A stretch of DNA of 37,431 nt, taken from contig CALFSF010000220.1 of the NCBI GenBank assembly GCA_937917025.1, forward strand, positions 1 through 37,431, given 5' to 3'. Under the pieces are notes generated by a model. That model did no database searches and was not told the DNA's origin. It worked only from the letters and a program-made list of their open reading frames with translations. Below, piece after piece: positions 1 through 8,522 of the stretch. Positions within the stretch are counted from its first letter, which is position 1. Each line of letters starts with the position of its first letter. This DNA is from an uncultured Paraburkholderia sp. (GTDB lineage: Bacteria; Pseudomonadota; Gammaproteobacteria; Burkholderiales; Burkholderiaceae). The translations under genes were made by a program, and so were the position numbers.

Positions 1-46
1 AACAACTGCATCGCATCGGGCAGATCGCGTGCAGTTGACTGCCTTT

Positions 47-730
47 GCGAAGGGCCGCGTCGAGCGTGCGCACCTGACGCTGCAGGACCGGCTGGTGAAG
101 GAACTGCGGCTGCGCGACATCAGTACCATTGACGCCGCGAATGCGTATGCGCCCGCCTTCATCGCGTCGTATAACGCGCACTTTGCGAAACCGCCGAAGA
201 GCGATTTCGACGCGCACCGGCCGCTGCGGGCTGACGAGAATCTCGACCTGCTGCTGACGTGGCGCGAGACGCGCCGCGTGACGAAGTCGCTAACGGTGCA
301 GTACGACCGGGTGATGTACCTGCTGGCGGACACGCCGGCGAACCGCAAGCTGATCCACCACTACATCGACGTGTGGGAGTACCCGGACGGGCGCATCGAG
401 ATCCGCGCGGATGGCCGGGTGCTGTCTTGCCGGCAGTACGACCGGCTGGCCGAGATCGATCAGGGCGCGGTGGTCGATCACAAGCGGCTGAGTCACGCGC
501 TGCAGGTCGCGCAGGCGATCCAGGCGCAGCGCGACAACCGGCGTATCTCCGGCTCCCCTGCGCGCACGAATCAGGGACAACAGGTTCGGGCAACGGAGCG
601 CGCGCAGGGCACGAAGAAGCAGCGTGAATTCACGCAGGCCGACATCAACGGTGTGATCGTGGAGCTGGCGCAACGCAATCAACCGAAGCAGCCGCGCAAA
701 CCGGGCCGTCGGTCTGCAGGTTCCGGTTGA
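47..730 (+). pseudogene. ISNCY (IS1202/IS481-related) family transposase, C-terminal part only
   Basis: AKGRVERAHLTLQDRLVKELRL...YNAHFAKPP...RRVTKSLTVQYD is the typical C-terminal DDE region of this family. The residues before AKG (TTASHRADRVQLTAF) do not resemble the expected ICANSxQ, so homology appears to begin at about 47. Confidence 0.8.
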
Positions 731-794
731 ACGGACTGACACGCCCTGCCCGTTCCAGGCTGTCCTTCAACACTGCGTGAGCTGTGACCCATGA

Positions 795-871
795 AAAGAC
801 AAACCTCAACCCCCTTAAACCCGGACATTTCAACTTGGCCGGAAAGCGGACACTTCAGAATGGCCTCGACA
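795..871 (+). mobile_element. Right end of the IS: terminal ...GACA with subterminal repeats at about 25-bp period
   Basis: aagaca (796), ccggacattt (821) and gcggacactt (846); the end tcgaca finishes at 871 (TGT...ACA type end). Confidence 0.75.
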
Positions 872-876
872 TTTGG

Positions 877-930
877 TGTCAGAGCTTTTTAGTAATGTCT
901 GGTTCTGGCTCATTAGAAATGTCCGGTTTC
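877..930 (+). mobile_element. Orphan end of a second, related IS (starts TGTC, two aatgtcYgg repeats)
   Basis: tgtcagagctttttagtaatgtctgg ttctggctcattagaaatgtccgg parallels the reverse complement of 821-871 (tgtcgaggccattctgaagtgtccgc tttccggccaagttgaaatgtccgg). No transposase follows it. Confidence 0.65.
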
Positions 931-967
931 CTGCTCCGGACCGGCGGCTGTGGCGCATGCTGCGGCA

Positions 968-1252
968 TCACATGCAGCCCAGCGCCTCCAGAAACGCCCA
1001 CGGAAAAATACCCTGCGCGTGCCCGTCGCTAAAAACGAGCTGCACGCCATACGCCATCGACTGAACGTCCACGACGGCGACGCCTTCCGCGGCGCGCACC
1101 TCATCGCCGGCAACGCGCACGCGCCGGCAGGCCGCGCACGGACAGGCGCTGCGCAACGCGCCATGGCTCAAACGCTGCGTCACCGCGCCGGGCCAATACA
1201 GCGTCATCGTATGGGCGCGGGAATCAAGCTCGACGCGCACAGGCACCTTCAT
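968..1252 (-). CDS. DUF971 / GBBH-like N-terminal domain protein
   Basis: LRSACPCAAC, YGVQLVFSDGH and GIFPW motifs; ATGA overlap with the upstream HEAT gene. Confidence 0.85.
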   Translation of the reverse strand: MKVPVRVELDSRAHTMTLYWPGAVTQRLSHGALRSACPCAACRRVRVAGDEVRAAEGVAVVDVQSMAYGVQLVFSDGHAQGIFPWAFLEALGCM

Positions 1253-2244
1253 GCCGGACCGCCTCCAATCTGTTGCAGCGCGATCCGTATCGCCTTGCGT
1301 ACTTCCGGATCGGCGTCGCCCTGTGCCGCCAGAAGCGCCGGCAACGCGCCACTGTCGCCGAGCTCGCCGAGCGCGAGCGCCGCCTCCTTGCGCAGATTGC
1401 TGATGGCGTGCGACAGCAACACGGCAAGCGCCGGTCCCGCAGCCGCATCGCGCAAGCGGCCAAGCGCACGCGCTGCCGTCAGCCGGACCTGCCAGTAGGG
1501 ATCGTCAAGCGCCGCAACCAGCGCGTCGCCGGCGGGCAACGCGCGCAGTTTGCCCAGCGTCGTGGCGGCTTCTTCACGCACTTGCCACGCGTCGTCGCGT
1601 AACGCGCTGAGCAGCGCATCGACGATCGGCGTCGTGGGTTCCGGGCACAGTCCGAGCGCGCCGACTGCCGCGCGGCGCACGTCGCGATCGGCGTCGCCGG
1701 CAGCCACTGACGCGAGTTGCGCAAGCGCGCGCTGGTCCTTGAGCCATCCCAGCACGCAGACTGCCTCGAGACGCACCGCCGCCAGCGAATGCGAGAGCGC
1801 GCGCAAGGCCGGATCGAATGCATCGGTGAGGCGCAATTCGCGTAGCGCACGCAAGATCGCCACCTGCACGAACGGCTCCGTGCGCGCGACCCAGCGCAGC
1901 AATACCCTCCCCGACGTCGCGTCCTTCAGCTCCGAAAGGCTCTGGGCCGCGGCGAGACGCACCGCTTCGTCGCGATCGAGCAGCGCGCCGCACAGCGCAT
2001 CGACGACCTCCTCCCTCTCCCACGCAGCGAGCACGCGTGCCGCCTCGCGGCGCACGTCAACTGAATCGTCGCGCCGCAACGCATCGACGATCGGCGGCAA
2101 CAGGTTTTCGTCTTCCAGATCCGCGAGTTCAAGCAGCGCGATGCGGCGCACCACGGGGTCGCCGTCGGCGAGACGCGGCAGCAGCACGGAAGCCTCGGGG
2201 TCCAGCGCGTCGGGATCGAATGTCAGCGGGGAAAAATCAGTCAT
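1249..2244 (-). CDS. HEAT-repeat (PBS lyase-like) protein
   Basis: Repeated LxDxxxxVRxxAAxxLG units. Start re-assigned to the ATG at 2244 (MTDFSPL), downstream of the ATPase stop. Confidence 0.88.
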   Translation of the reverse strand: MTDFSPLTFDPDALDPEASVLLPRLADGDPVVRRIALLELADLEDENLLPPIVDALRRDDSVDVRREAARVLAAWEREEVVDALCGALLDRDEAVRLAAAQSLSELKDATSGRVLLRWVARTEPFVQVAILRALRELRLTDAFDPALRALSHSLAAVRLEAVCVLGWLKDQRALAQLASVAAGDADRDVRRAAVGALGLCPEPTTPIVDALLSALRDDAWQVREEAATTLGKLRALPAGDALVAALDDPYWQVRLTAARALGRLRDAAAGPALAVLLSHAISNLRKEAALALGELGDSGALPALLAAQGDADPEVRKAIRIALQQIGGGPA

Positions 2245-2288
2245 GAGTCGCTTTGGATGAAAACAAAAATATCGAGGTGATTCTTTCT

Positions 2289-3077
2289 TCAGGCCGCTTC
2301 GCGCAACAACGCGAGGCACCGCCGCTTGATGTCGATGAACTCGGCGGCAACGGTGCTTTCGTCGTCGCGCGGCCGCGCGAGCGGCACGGCGATATCGGCG
2401 ACGATCCGCGCGGGCCGGTGCGACAGCACGAGAATGCGATCCGCCAGAAACAGCGCTTCGTCGATATCGTGCGTGACGAAGAGCACGGTGGTCCGCATGC
2501 GCGTCCATATGTCGAGCAGCAGGCGTTGCATCATCCGGCGGGTCTGTGCATCGAGCGCGCCGAACGGCTCGTCCATCAGCAGGACGTGGGGCCGGTTGAT
2601 CAGCGTCCGCGCAATCTCCACGCGCTGCTGCATGCCGCCCGACAGTTGCACCGGATATCGCGATTCGAAACCCTGCAAGCCGACAAGCGCCAGCAGCTCA
2701 CGTGCCTCGCGATGCCGTTCCGCGAGGCCGAGCCCGTTCATCTTGAGTCCGAACGCGACGTTGTCGATCACGCGCTTCCACGGAAACAGCGTGTGCTGCT
2801 GGAAGACGAGACCACGGTTGCGGTGCGGACCGTCGACCGGTTCCCCATCGACGGCGATCTCGCCGCGAGTAAGCGGCACGTGACCGGCCATCGCGCCGAG
2901 CAAGGTGGATTTGCCGCAACCCGAAGGACCGAGCACGCAGACGAATTCACCCGGCTCGATGGTGAAGTCGAGGCGATCGAGCGCGGTGAAGCGCTCGTTC
3001 GCCGGGCCCACGTCGATGCTGACGGAACGTACGTCGACGCGTCCGACGGACGCGTCGGTGGTCGGCACGGCGCTCAT
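2289..3077 (-). CDS. ABC transporter ATP-binding protein (SsuB/TauB/NrtD type)
   Basis: Walker [33 protein letters not shown]; start MSAVPT overlaps the permease stop (ATGA). Confidence 0.92.
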   Translation of the reverse strand: MSAVPTTDASVGRVDVRSVSIDVGPANERFTALDRLDFTIEPGEFVCVLGPSGCGKSTLLGAMAGHVPLTRGEIAVDGEPVDGPHRNRGLVFQQHTLFPWKRVIDNVAFGLKMNGLGLAERHREARELLALVGLQGFESRYPVQLSGGMQQRVEIARTLINRPHVLLMDEPFGALDAQTRRMMQRLLLDIWTRMRTTVLFVTHDIDEALFLADRILVLSHRPARIVADIAVPLARPRDDESTVAAEFIDIKRRCLALLREAA

Positions 3078-3922
3078 CGGCGAGCCTCGCTCAGCCGGTA
3101 CCAGGGCATCAGCGCAAGCCCCAGCCGCTTGACGAGCACGCTGCTGCCCATGCCGAGCGCGCCGATCAGCAGCATGCCGACGACGATGTCCGCGTAGTTC
3201 TGCAACGTGTATGACTCCCACGTGAAATAGCCGATTCCGTACTGCCCCGCGATCATCTCGGCCGTGATCAGGCAGAACCACGCGGTGCCCATGCCGATCG
3301 ACAGGCCGGTCACGATGGCGGGCGCGGCACCCGGCAGGATCACTTCGCTGAAGAGCGAAAGACGGCGCGTGCCGAGGCTGCGCGCCGTCGCGACGAGACG
3401 CGGATCGACGCCCTCGACGCCATGAATGGTGTTGAGCAGAACCGGAAACAGCGCGCCGACGAACGTGATGAACATCATGCTCACTTCGGACGACGGAAAC
3501 ATCAGGATCGACAACGGGATCCATGCAACCGCGGGAATCGGGCGCAGCACTTCCAGCGAAGGCAGCAACGTGTCCTCGAACGCGCGGTACCGTCCGATCG
3601 CAAGGCCAAAGCCGATGCCCACCGCCGCGGCCGCACAGAATCCGACCAGCACGCGCGTGATGCTGGAAAAGAGATGCATCGGCAGCTTCGGCGAATGCAG
3701 CAGATGCCAGAACGCCGGTGCGACGTCGGTGGGCGCGGGAACGTTCGCCATCGTCACGAAGCCGAGCGACGCCTTGTATTGCGCCGCGAGCTGCCACAGG
3801 CCGAGGCACGCGAGCAGCGAGACGCAACGCCAGATCCATCGTCCGGCGGGCACGCCGGACGCGGCCCGTGCGGAGGCCGACGGCATGCCGCCGCTTTCGG
3901 TACTTGCAAGAGAAGTTGCCAT
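3074..3922 (-). CDS. ABC transporter permease (SsuC/TauC type)
   Basis: LRPIPAVAWIP, EAA-like loop ARSLG, multiple TM segments. Confidence 0.92.
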   Translation of the reverse strand: MATSLASTESGGMPSASARAASGVPAGRWIWRCVSLLACLGLWQLAAQYKASLGFVTMANVPAPTDVAPAFWHLLHSPKLPMHLFSSITRVLVGFCAAAAVGIGFGLAIGRYRAFEDTLLPSLEVLRPIPAVAWIPLSILMFPSSEVSMMFITFVGALFPVLLNTIHGVEGVDPRLVATARSLGTRRLSLFSEVILPGAAPAIVTGLSIGMGTAWFCLITAEMIAGQYGIGYFTWESYTLQNYADIVVGMLLIGALGMGSSVLVKRLGLALMPWYRLSEARR

Positions 3923-3964
3923 GCTTGAATTCCTCGCAGAGTGGGATGCCGGGCTGGAACCGCG

Positions 3965-5392
3965 TTAGCGCGCGGCCAGGGCCTGGGCAACATCGGCGCG
4001 CGCCGACGCGTAATCGACGACGTTTCCGCTGACCTGCTTCGCGTAGGTGTCCGCGCTCGTCCTCAACAGGAACGCTGCGATCTGGCCGTTGGCCGAGCGG
4101 ACATACCATGCCTGACTGGCGAGAAGCTTCAGGCCGGTCCCGTGGTCCTGGGCAAACACCGAGCGCACCTTTTTGCCCTGCTTCGTCAGGCTTTCCAGCG
4201 CGCCGAATGCCTCCTGCGGCTGCGCGTAGCTGCGCACCCTGCTCTCACCCTCCACCCATATCTGGGCGACGTCGTTAAAGCGGGTGATCGGCTTGCCCGT
4301 CTGCGCGTCGTTGGCCACGAGCGGTTGCTTCGCGTAGTTGGCGAGCGCGGCGGCATAGTCGAGCCCGGATTCCTTGAACGCCTCACGGATGAACTGGTCG
4401 TCGATGATCGAGTTGGCGTCGAGTTCGACGTCGGTCTTTTTCAGCAGCTTGAGCGTGTCGATCGCGTTCGCCACCGCCTGGCGATATTCTGGCTTCCAGG
4501 TCAGGTCACGCGTCTGCAGGCCGAGCGGCCCGTGGTACAGATAGTCCACGGTCGCCTCGATACCAGTCACCTTCTCGATCAGCAGGCTATATTTTTCGGG
4601 GTCCTGCGCCATCAGGCGATTCGCCTCGATGGTTGCCCGCAGATAGGCGACCACGATCTCCGGATATTTTTTCGCGTAGTCGACGTTGACGAGCGCGCCG
4701 TGGAACGTCGGTGCATGGCTTTGCGAGCCGTCGTAGATTTTTTGCGCGAAACCCCGATACGGGAAAAGATCGGCGAACGGCACGAAATCGGCATGCGCGT
4801 CGATCTTGTGCGCCTTGAGCGCGCTGCCGGCCACCTCAGGCGCCTGCGTGATGATGTTGACGTCGGTTTCCGGATCCCAGCCCTGCGCCTTGATCGCGCG
4901 CAGCAGCATGGCGTGCGACGTGGAGGCGAACGGCACCGAAATCGTCTTGCCCTTGAGGTCCGCCAGCGAATGCACCGGCGAGCCGACCGGCACGACAATA
5001 CCGTTGCCGCTGCCTTCGATGCTACCCGAGAGCACGGTGATGAACTCGCTCTTCTTGCCCGCTTTTTTAAACGCCGCCGCGTTGAGCGTGCCGGGGAAAT
5101 CGGCCATTCCGCCGAAATCGAGTCTGCCCGCCACCATCTCGTTGGTGAGCGGCGCACCCGACGTGAAATCCTTCCACTGGATGTCGTACTGGACGTCCTT
5201 GTACCTGCCGTCATGCGGCAGATATTTGTCGAGCAGATGCAACTCGCGGATCATCAGGCCGCCGGTTGCGCAGTTGATCGTCGTATCCTGGGTGCCGATC
5301 GCGACGCGGATCGTCTCCGCGCGCGCGACGCCCATCGATGCAACAAGGAAGACAGGAACCACCAAAGCTTGCATCCATTTGAGACTTTTCAT
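3965..5392 (-). CDS. ABC substrate-binding protein (SsuA/AsfC-like) with an extra C-terminal domain
   Basis: Signal peptide ending ARA-E; FTSGAPL, DFGGMADFP and LADLKGKTISVPFAS motifs; at 475 aa it is longer than the usual ~320-aa fold. Confidence 0.88.
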   Translation of the reverse strand: MKSLKWMQALVVPVFLVASMGVARAETIRVAIGTQDTTINCATGGLMIRELHLLDKYLPHDGRYKDVQYDIQWKDFTSGAPLTNEMVAGRLDFGGMADFPGTLNAAAFKKAGKKSEFITVLSGSIEGSGNGIVVPVGSPVHSLADLKGKTISVPFASTSHAMLLRAIKAQGWDPETDVNIITQAPEVAGSALKAHKIDAHADFVPFADLFPYRGFAQKIYDGSQSHAPTFHGALVNVDYAKKYPEIVVAYLRATIEANRLMAQDPEKYSLLIEKVTGIEATVDYLYHGPLGLQTRDLTWKPEYRQAVANAIDTLKLLKKTDVELDANSIIDDQFIREAFKESGLDYAAALANYAKQPLVANDAQTGKPITRFNDVAQIWVEGESRVRSYAQPQEAFGALESLTKQGKKVRSVFAQDHGTGLKLLASQAWYVRSANGQIAAFLLRTSADTYAKQVSGNVVDYASARADVAQALAAR

Positions 5393-5428
5393 CGCACAAC
5401 CCCGAGTGAGTAACAGTGGAACGCCGCG

Positions 5429-5674
5429 TTAGCGCAGCAGATAGGGAATCTCGACCTTGACCGCTCCGGTCGGGCAGTCCTGTTCGCACGGCATGCAGTA
5501 CCAGCATTCGTCGAACTTCATATAGGCCTTGCCTTTGGTGAGGTCGATCGCGAGCAGGTCCAGCGGACAGACGTCGACGCACACGGTGCAGCCCTTGTCG
5601 GCGATGCATCTGCTCTCGTCGACGGTGACGGGCGCCGTGCTGCGCTGGAAAATCTCGTGAGGCGTATGGGACAT
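5429..5674 (-). CDS. 2x[4Fe-4S] ferredoxin (AsfB/AprB-like)
   Basis: CIADKGCTVCVDVCP and CWYCMPCEQDCP. Confidence 0.92.
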   Translation of the reverse strand: MSHTPHEIFQRSTAPVTVDESRCIADKGCTVCVDVCPLDLLAIDLTKGKAYMKFDECWYCMPCEQDCPTGAVKVEIPYLLR

Positions 5675-5686
5675 GGATGGCTCCGT

Positions 5687-7441
5687 TCAGACAGATTCCG
5701 GCGCGAGCACGGGTTCAGGCGCCCGGGCGCCGATACGCAGTTTTTGATAAGCCTGGCTTTCGTGGTCGCCGAGCGGAACGACATACGGTTCGACCGGACG
5801 CTTCTCGCTCTTCATCCTGCCGGACGCGTCCTTGAACAGGTGCGTATGGCAGAACCACTCATCGTCGTTGCGCTGCGGATAGTCCACCCGATGGTGATAA
5901 AGCCCCCAGCGGCTTTCGGTCCGGAAAAGCGACGCGCGCGCGGCCATTTCCGCGCAATCGCGTATGGCCCGAACCTCGGCGGCACGCATCAATTCGTGCG
6001 GGTTGTCCGCCTTGATGTCGCCGATATCGGCGCTGATTTCCTCGAACCGCTGCAGCCCGATTTCCATCTTGCGGGTGACCTTGGGCGGCTGCAGATAGTC
6101 GTTCACCATGCGCCGCAATTTGTATTCGACCTGCGCCGGCGCGAGCCCGGCTTCGCGTCCGAGCGGCGCATAGATCCGCTGCCGCTCGGCGGCGATCTGT
6201 TCGTCGTCGAGCGGCGAGAACGCCCGTCCCGCGACGTCGCCGGCCGCGTTCCATCCCGCGAACCAGCCATAGGTGAACGCGCCCAGCATGTAGTTGTGCG
6301 GCACCGCCGCCATGTCGCCCGCGGCGTAGAGACCCGGCACCGTGGTTTGCGCGTGCTCGTCGACATACACGCCCGATGCGCTGTGGCCGCTGCAAAAACC
6401 GATCTCGGAGATATGCATCTCGACCATCTGCTGCCGGTAGTCGGTGCCCCGCCCCGCATGGAAGCGTCCACGGCTCGGGCGCTCGTTGGTATGAAGGATG
6501 TCCTCGATCGTCCGGATCGTTTCCTCGGCGAGGTGATCGAGTTTCAGGAACACGGGCCCATTGCCGCTTTGCAGCTCCTGATAGAACTCCCACATCATCT
6601 GGCCGCTCCAGTAATCGCACTCGATGAAGCGTTCGCCCTTGCCGTTGGCGGTAAAGCCGCCGAGCGGTCCGGTCACGTACGCGCAAGCCGGACCGTTGTA
6701 GTCCTTGATGAGCGGATTGATCTGGAAGCACTCGAGGTTCGCGAGCGCCGCGCCGGCGTGATACGCCATCGCATAGCCGTCGCCGGCGTTGGTCGGGTTC
6801 TCGTACGTGCCCATCAGGTAGCCCGACGCCGGCAGCCCCAGCCGGCCGGCGGCGCCGCAGCTCAGGATCACGGCCTTCGCGCGCACCACATAGAAGTCGG
6901 CGGTGCGGCAGTCGAAGCCGAGCACGCCGCAGACGCGCCCCGTCGCATCGGTCAGCAGCCGCGTCGCGACGATCCTGTTGGTGATGGCCACGCGCGCGCG
7001 CTTGAGCTGCCGGTACAGCACCTTCTTGATGCTGTGACCTTCGGGCATGGGCAGCACATACGAGCCCATGTGATGTACTTTTCTGACGGCGTAGTCACCC
7101 GTGCTGTCCTTTTCGAACTTCACGCCCCAGCGGTCCAGTTCCTCGATGGTCTTGAAGCTGTGCCGCGCATACGCATACACCGCCGACTGATCGACGATGC
7201 CATCGTTCGCGATGGTGATCTCACGGGTGTACTGCTCGGGCGTCGCGTGCCCGGGAATGATCGCGTTGTTCAGCCCGTCCATCCCCATCGATATCGCGCC
7301 GCTGCGCTTGACGTTGGCCTTCTCCAGCAGCAGCACCCTGAGCGACGGATCGCGCTCTTTCGCCTTTACCGCAGCCATCGGCCCGGCGGTTCCACCGCCC
7401 ACCACTACTACGTCGTATTCCAGAACATGTGTGTTCATCAC
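5687..7441 (-). CDS. FAD flavoprotein of the fumarate reductase/succinate dehydrogenase/APS reductase alpha family (AsfA-like)
   Basis: VVVGGGTAG, GDGYAMAYHAGA, GLYAAGD, RTESRWG and HHRVDYP motifs; immediately followed by the ferredoxin. Confidence 0.9.
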   Translation of the reverse strand: MMNTHVLEYDVVVVGGGTAGPMAAVKAKERDPSLRVLLLEKANVKRSGAISMGMDGLNNAIIPGHATPEQYTREITIANDGIVDQSAVYAYARHSFKTIEELDRWGVKFEKDSTGDYAVRKVHHMGSYVLPMPEGHSIKKVLYRQLKRARVAITNRIVATRLLTDATGRVCGVLGFDCRTADFYVVRAKAVILSCGAAGRLGLPASGYLMGTYENPTNAGDGYAMAYHAGAALANLECFQINPLIKDYNGPACAYVTGPLGGFTANGKGERFIECDYWSGQMMWEFYQELQSGNGPVFLKLDHLAEETIRTIEDILHTNERPSRGRFHAGRGTDYRQQMVEMHISEIGFCSGHSASGVYVDEHAQTTVPGLYAAGDMAAVPHNYMLGAFTYGWFAGWNAAGDVAGRAFSPLDDEQIAAERQRIYAPLGREAGLAPAQVEYKLRRMVNDYLQPPKVTRKMEIGLQRFEEISADIGDIKADNPHELMRAAEVRAIRDCAEMAARASLFRTESRWGLYHHRVDYPQRNDDEWFCHTHLFKDASGRMKSEKRPVEPYVVPLGDHESQAYQKLRIGARAPEPVLAPESV

Positions 7442-8211
7442 GCTTTCCTCGCATTTCTGCGTTTCTTTTCACGGTCGATGCGCATCCGGTACTGGAATGC
7501 GTCGCCGCGAAAATAAAGGTATTCATAGTCGATCGGCGTGCCGTCCGCGCAATGGGTCAGACGCTCGATCCGCAATACGGGGCTGCCCTCTTCCACCTGC
7601 AGCGCGGCGCCGATGTCGTCGTCGGCGAGAATCGCGTCGATCGACACATCGGCATGACCGAGCGACAGTCCGCAGTCGTTTTCAAGGATCAGGAAGATGT
7701 CGCGCGTCACGAGGTCGGCGTTCGCGAGACGCTTTTCGAGCGCCTCGGGTACGTACGTGACTTCCAGCGAGACCGGCGCGCGGTTCAGCATCCGCACCCG
7801 GTGAATCTCGACGACCCGCGCGCCTTCCGGCAGGTGCAGGCGGGTGGCTATATGACGATCCGCGTTGATGACCCGAAAGCGCTGCAGCCGGTTGACGATT
7901 TCATAACCCATCGACGACATCGCCTCCGCGAAGCCTTGCAGCGACGTCACGTTCTGGAATGCCTTGGGTCTGGAAACGAACGTCCCCTTGCCGTGAATCC
8001 TGAACAGCAACCCCTCTTTCTGAAGGTCGCCGAGCGCCTGCCTGACCGTGATCCGGCTGACCTCGAACATCGCGCACAGCTCATGCTCCGACGGCATCTG
8101 GCTGTGCGGTCCATAGGTCCCGTCGAGGATGCGTGCGCGCAGCACCTCCTTGATCTGGACATAGAGCGGCGCCGCCGACAGCGGCAATACGGTGGCAACG
8201 GAGTGGGTCAT
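7438..8211 (-). CDS. GntR (HutC/UTRA subfamily) transcriptional regulator
   Basis: PLYVQIK...MPSEHEL...VSRITVRQAL...HGKGTFV plus a C-terminal UTRA-like region. Confidence 0.93.
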   Translation of the reverse strand: MTHSVATVLPLSAAPLYVQIKEVLRARILDGTYGPHSQMPSEHELCAMFEVSRITVRQALGDLQKEGLLFRIHGKGTFVSRPKAFQNVTSLQGFAEAMSSMGYEIVNRLQRFRVINADRHIATRLHLPEGARVVEIHRVRMLNRAPVSLEVTYVPEALEKRLANADLVTRDIFLILENDCGLSLGHADVSIDAILADDDIGAALQVEEGSPVLRIERLTHCADGTPIDYEYLYFRGDAFQYRMRIDREKKRRNARKA

Positions 8212-8216
8212 CGCAA

Positions 8217-8250
8217 CTTGTTATGACAAGACGAAGCGAGTCTAAACAAG
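8217..8250. promoter_or_regulatory. Candidate GntR/HutC-type operator(s) for autoregulation
   Basis: Palindrome CTTGT-TATG-ACAAG at 8217-8230, and a second half-related site GTCTAAACAAG (8240-8250) overlapping the putative -10. Confidence 0.6.
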
Positions 8251-8290
8251 CTGTTAAACGCGACAAACGAAGATTTTCTGATATCGATAA
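8239..8290 (-). promoter_or_regulatory. Putative sulfur-starvation promoter (copy A): -10 TAGACT plus upstream LysR-type box
   Basis: Same -10/18-bp/box layout as at 21667, 22763 and 25325. Confidence 0.5.
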
Positions 8291-8522
8291 AAGCAGACGT
8301 GCGGGAATATGTCGCAACACAGGAATACGTCTTGGGTTGCGATCAACGTGGGGCTGAAGCGTCCCGGGGAACGGTCACTCCCGGAGACGTATTCCGGCGC
8401 GAACCCGCTTACGGCCAGCCTCTTATAAGCTTCTGACAAAAAAATGGTTGTATCGCGACGCTGGCGGCTTACCGTACCGTGTTGCGTGGCGATTCCTCGC
8501 GCGCCCTTTTTCTGATGAAGTC

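Noticed and set aside
3-37. Bulged hairpin with AAC...GTT ends resembling an integron attC site
   Set aside because: The right end is GTTGACT rather than GTTRRRY, it is too short, and there is no cassette array or integrase.
2289-4109. Apparent 606-aa ABC ATPase fusion and other N-terminally extended ORFs (1249-2508, 22846-24024, 30444-31907, 13303-14508)
   Set aside because: The extensions overlap upstream genes in another frame; internal ATGs at stop-start overlaps or behind an RBS give normal-sized proteins.
5429-7441. Dissimilatory APS reductase (aprAB)
   Set aside because: No sat, qmo, aprM or dsr genes; the context is an importer with a GntR regulator, so it is called only AprAB/AsfAB-like.
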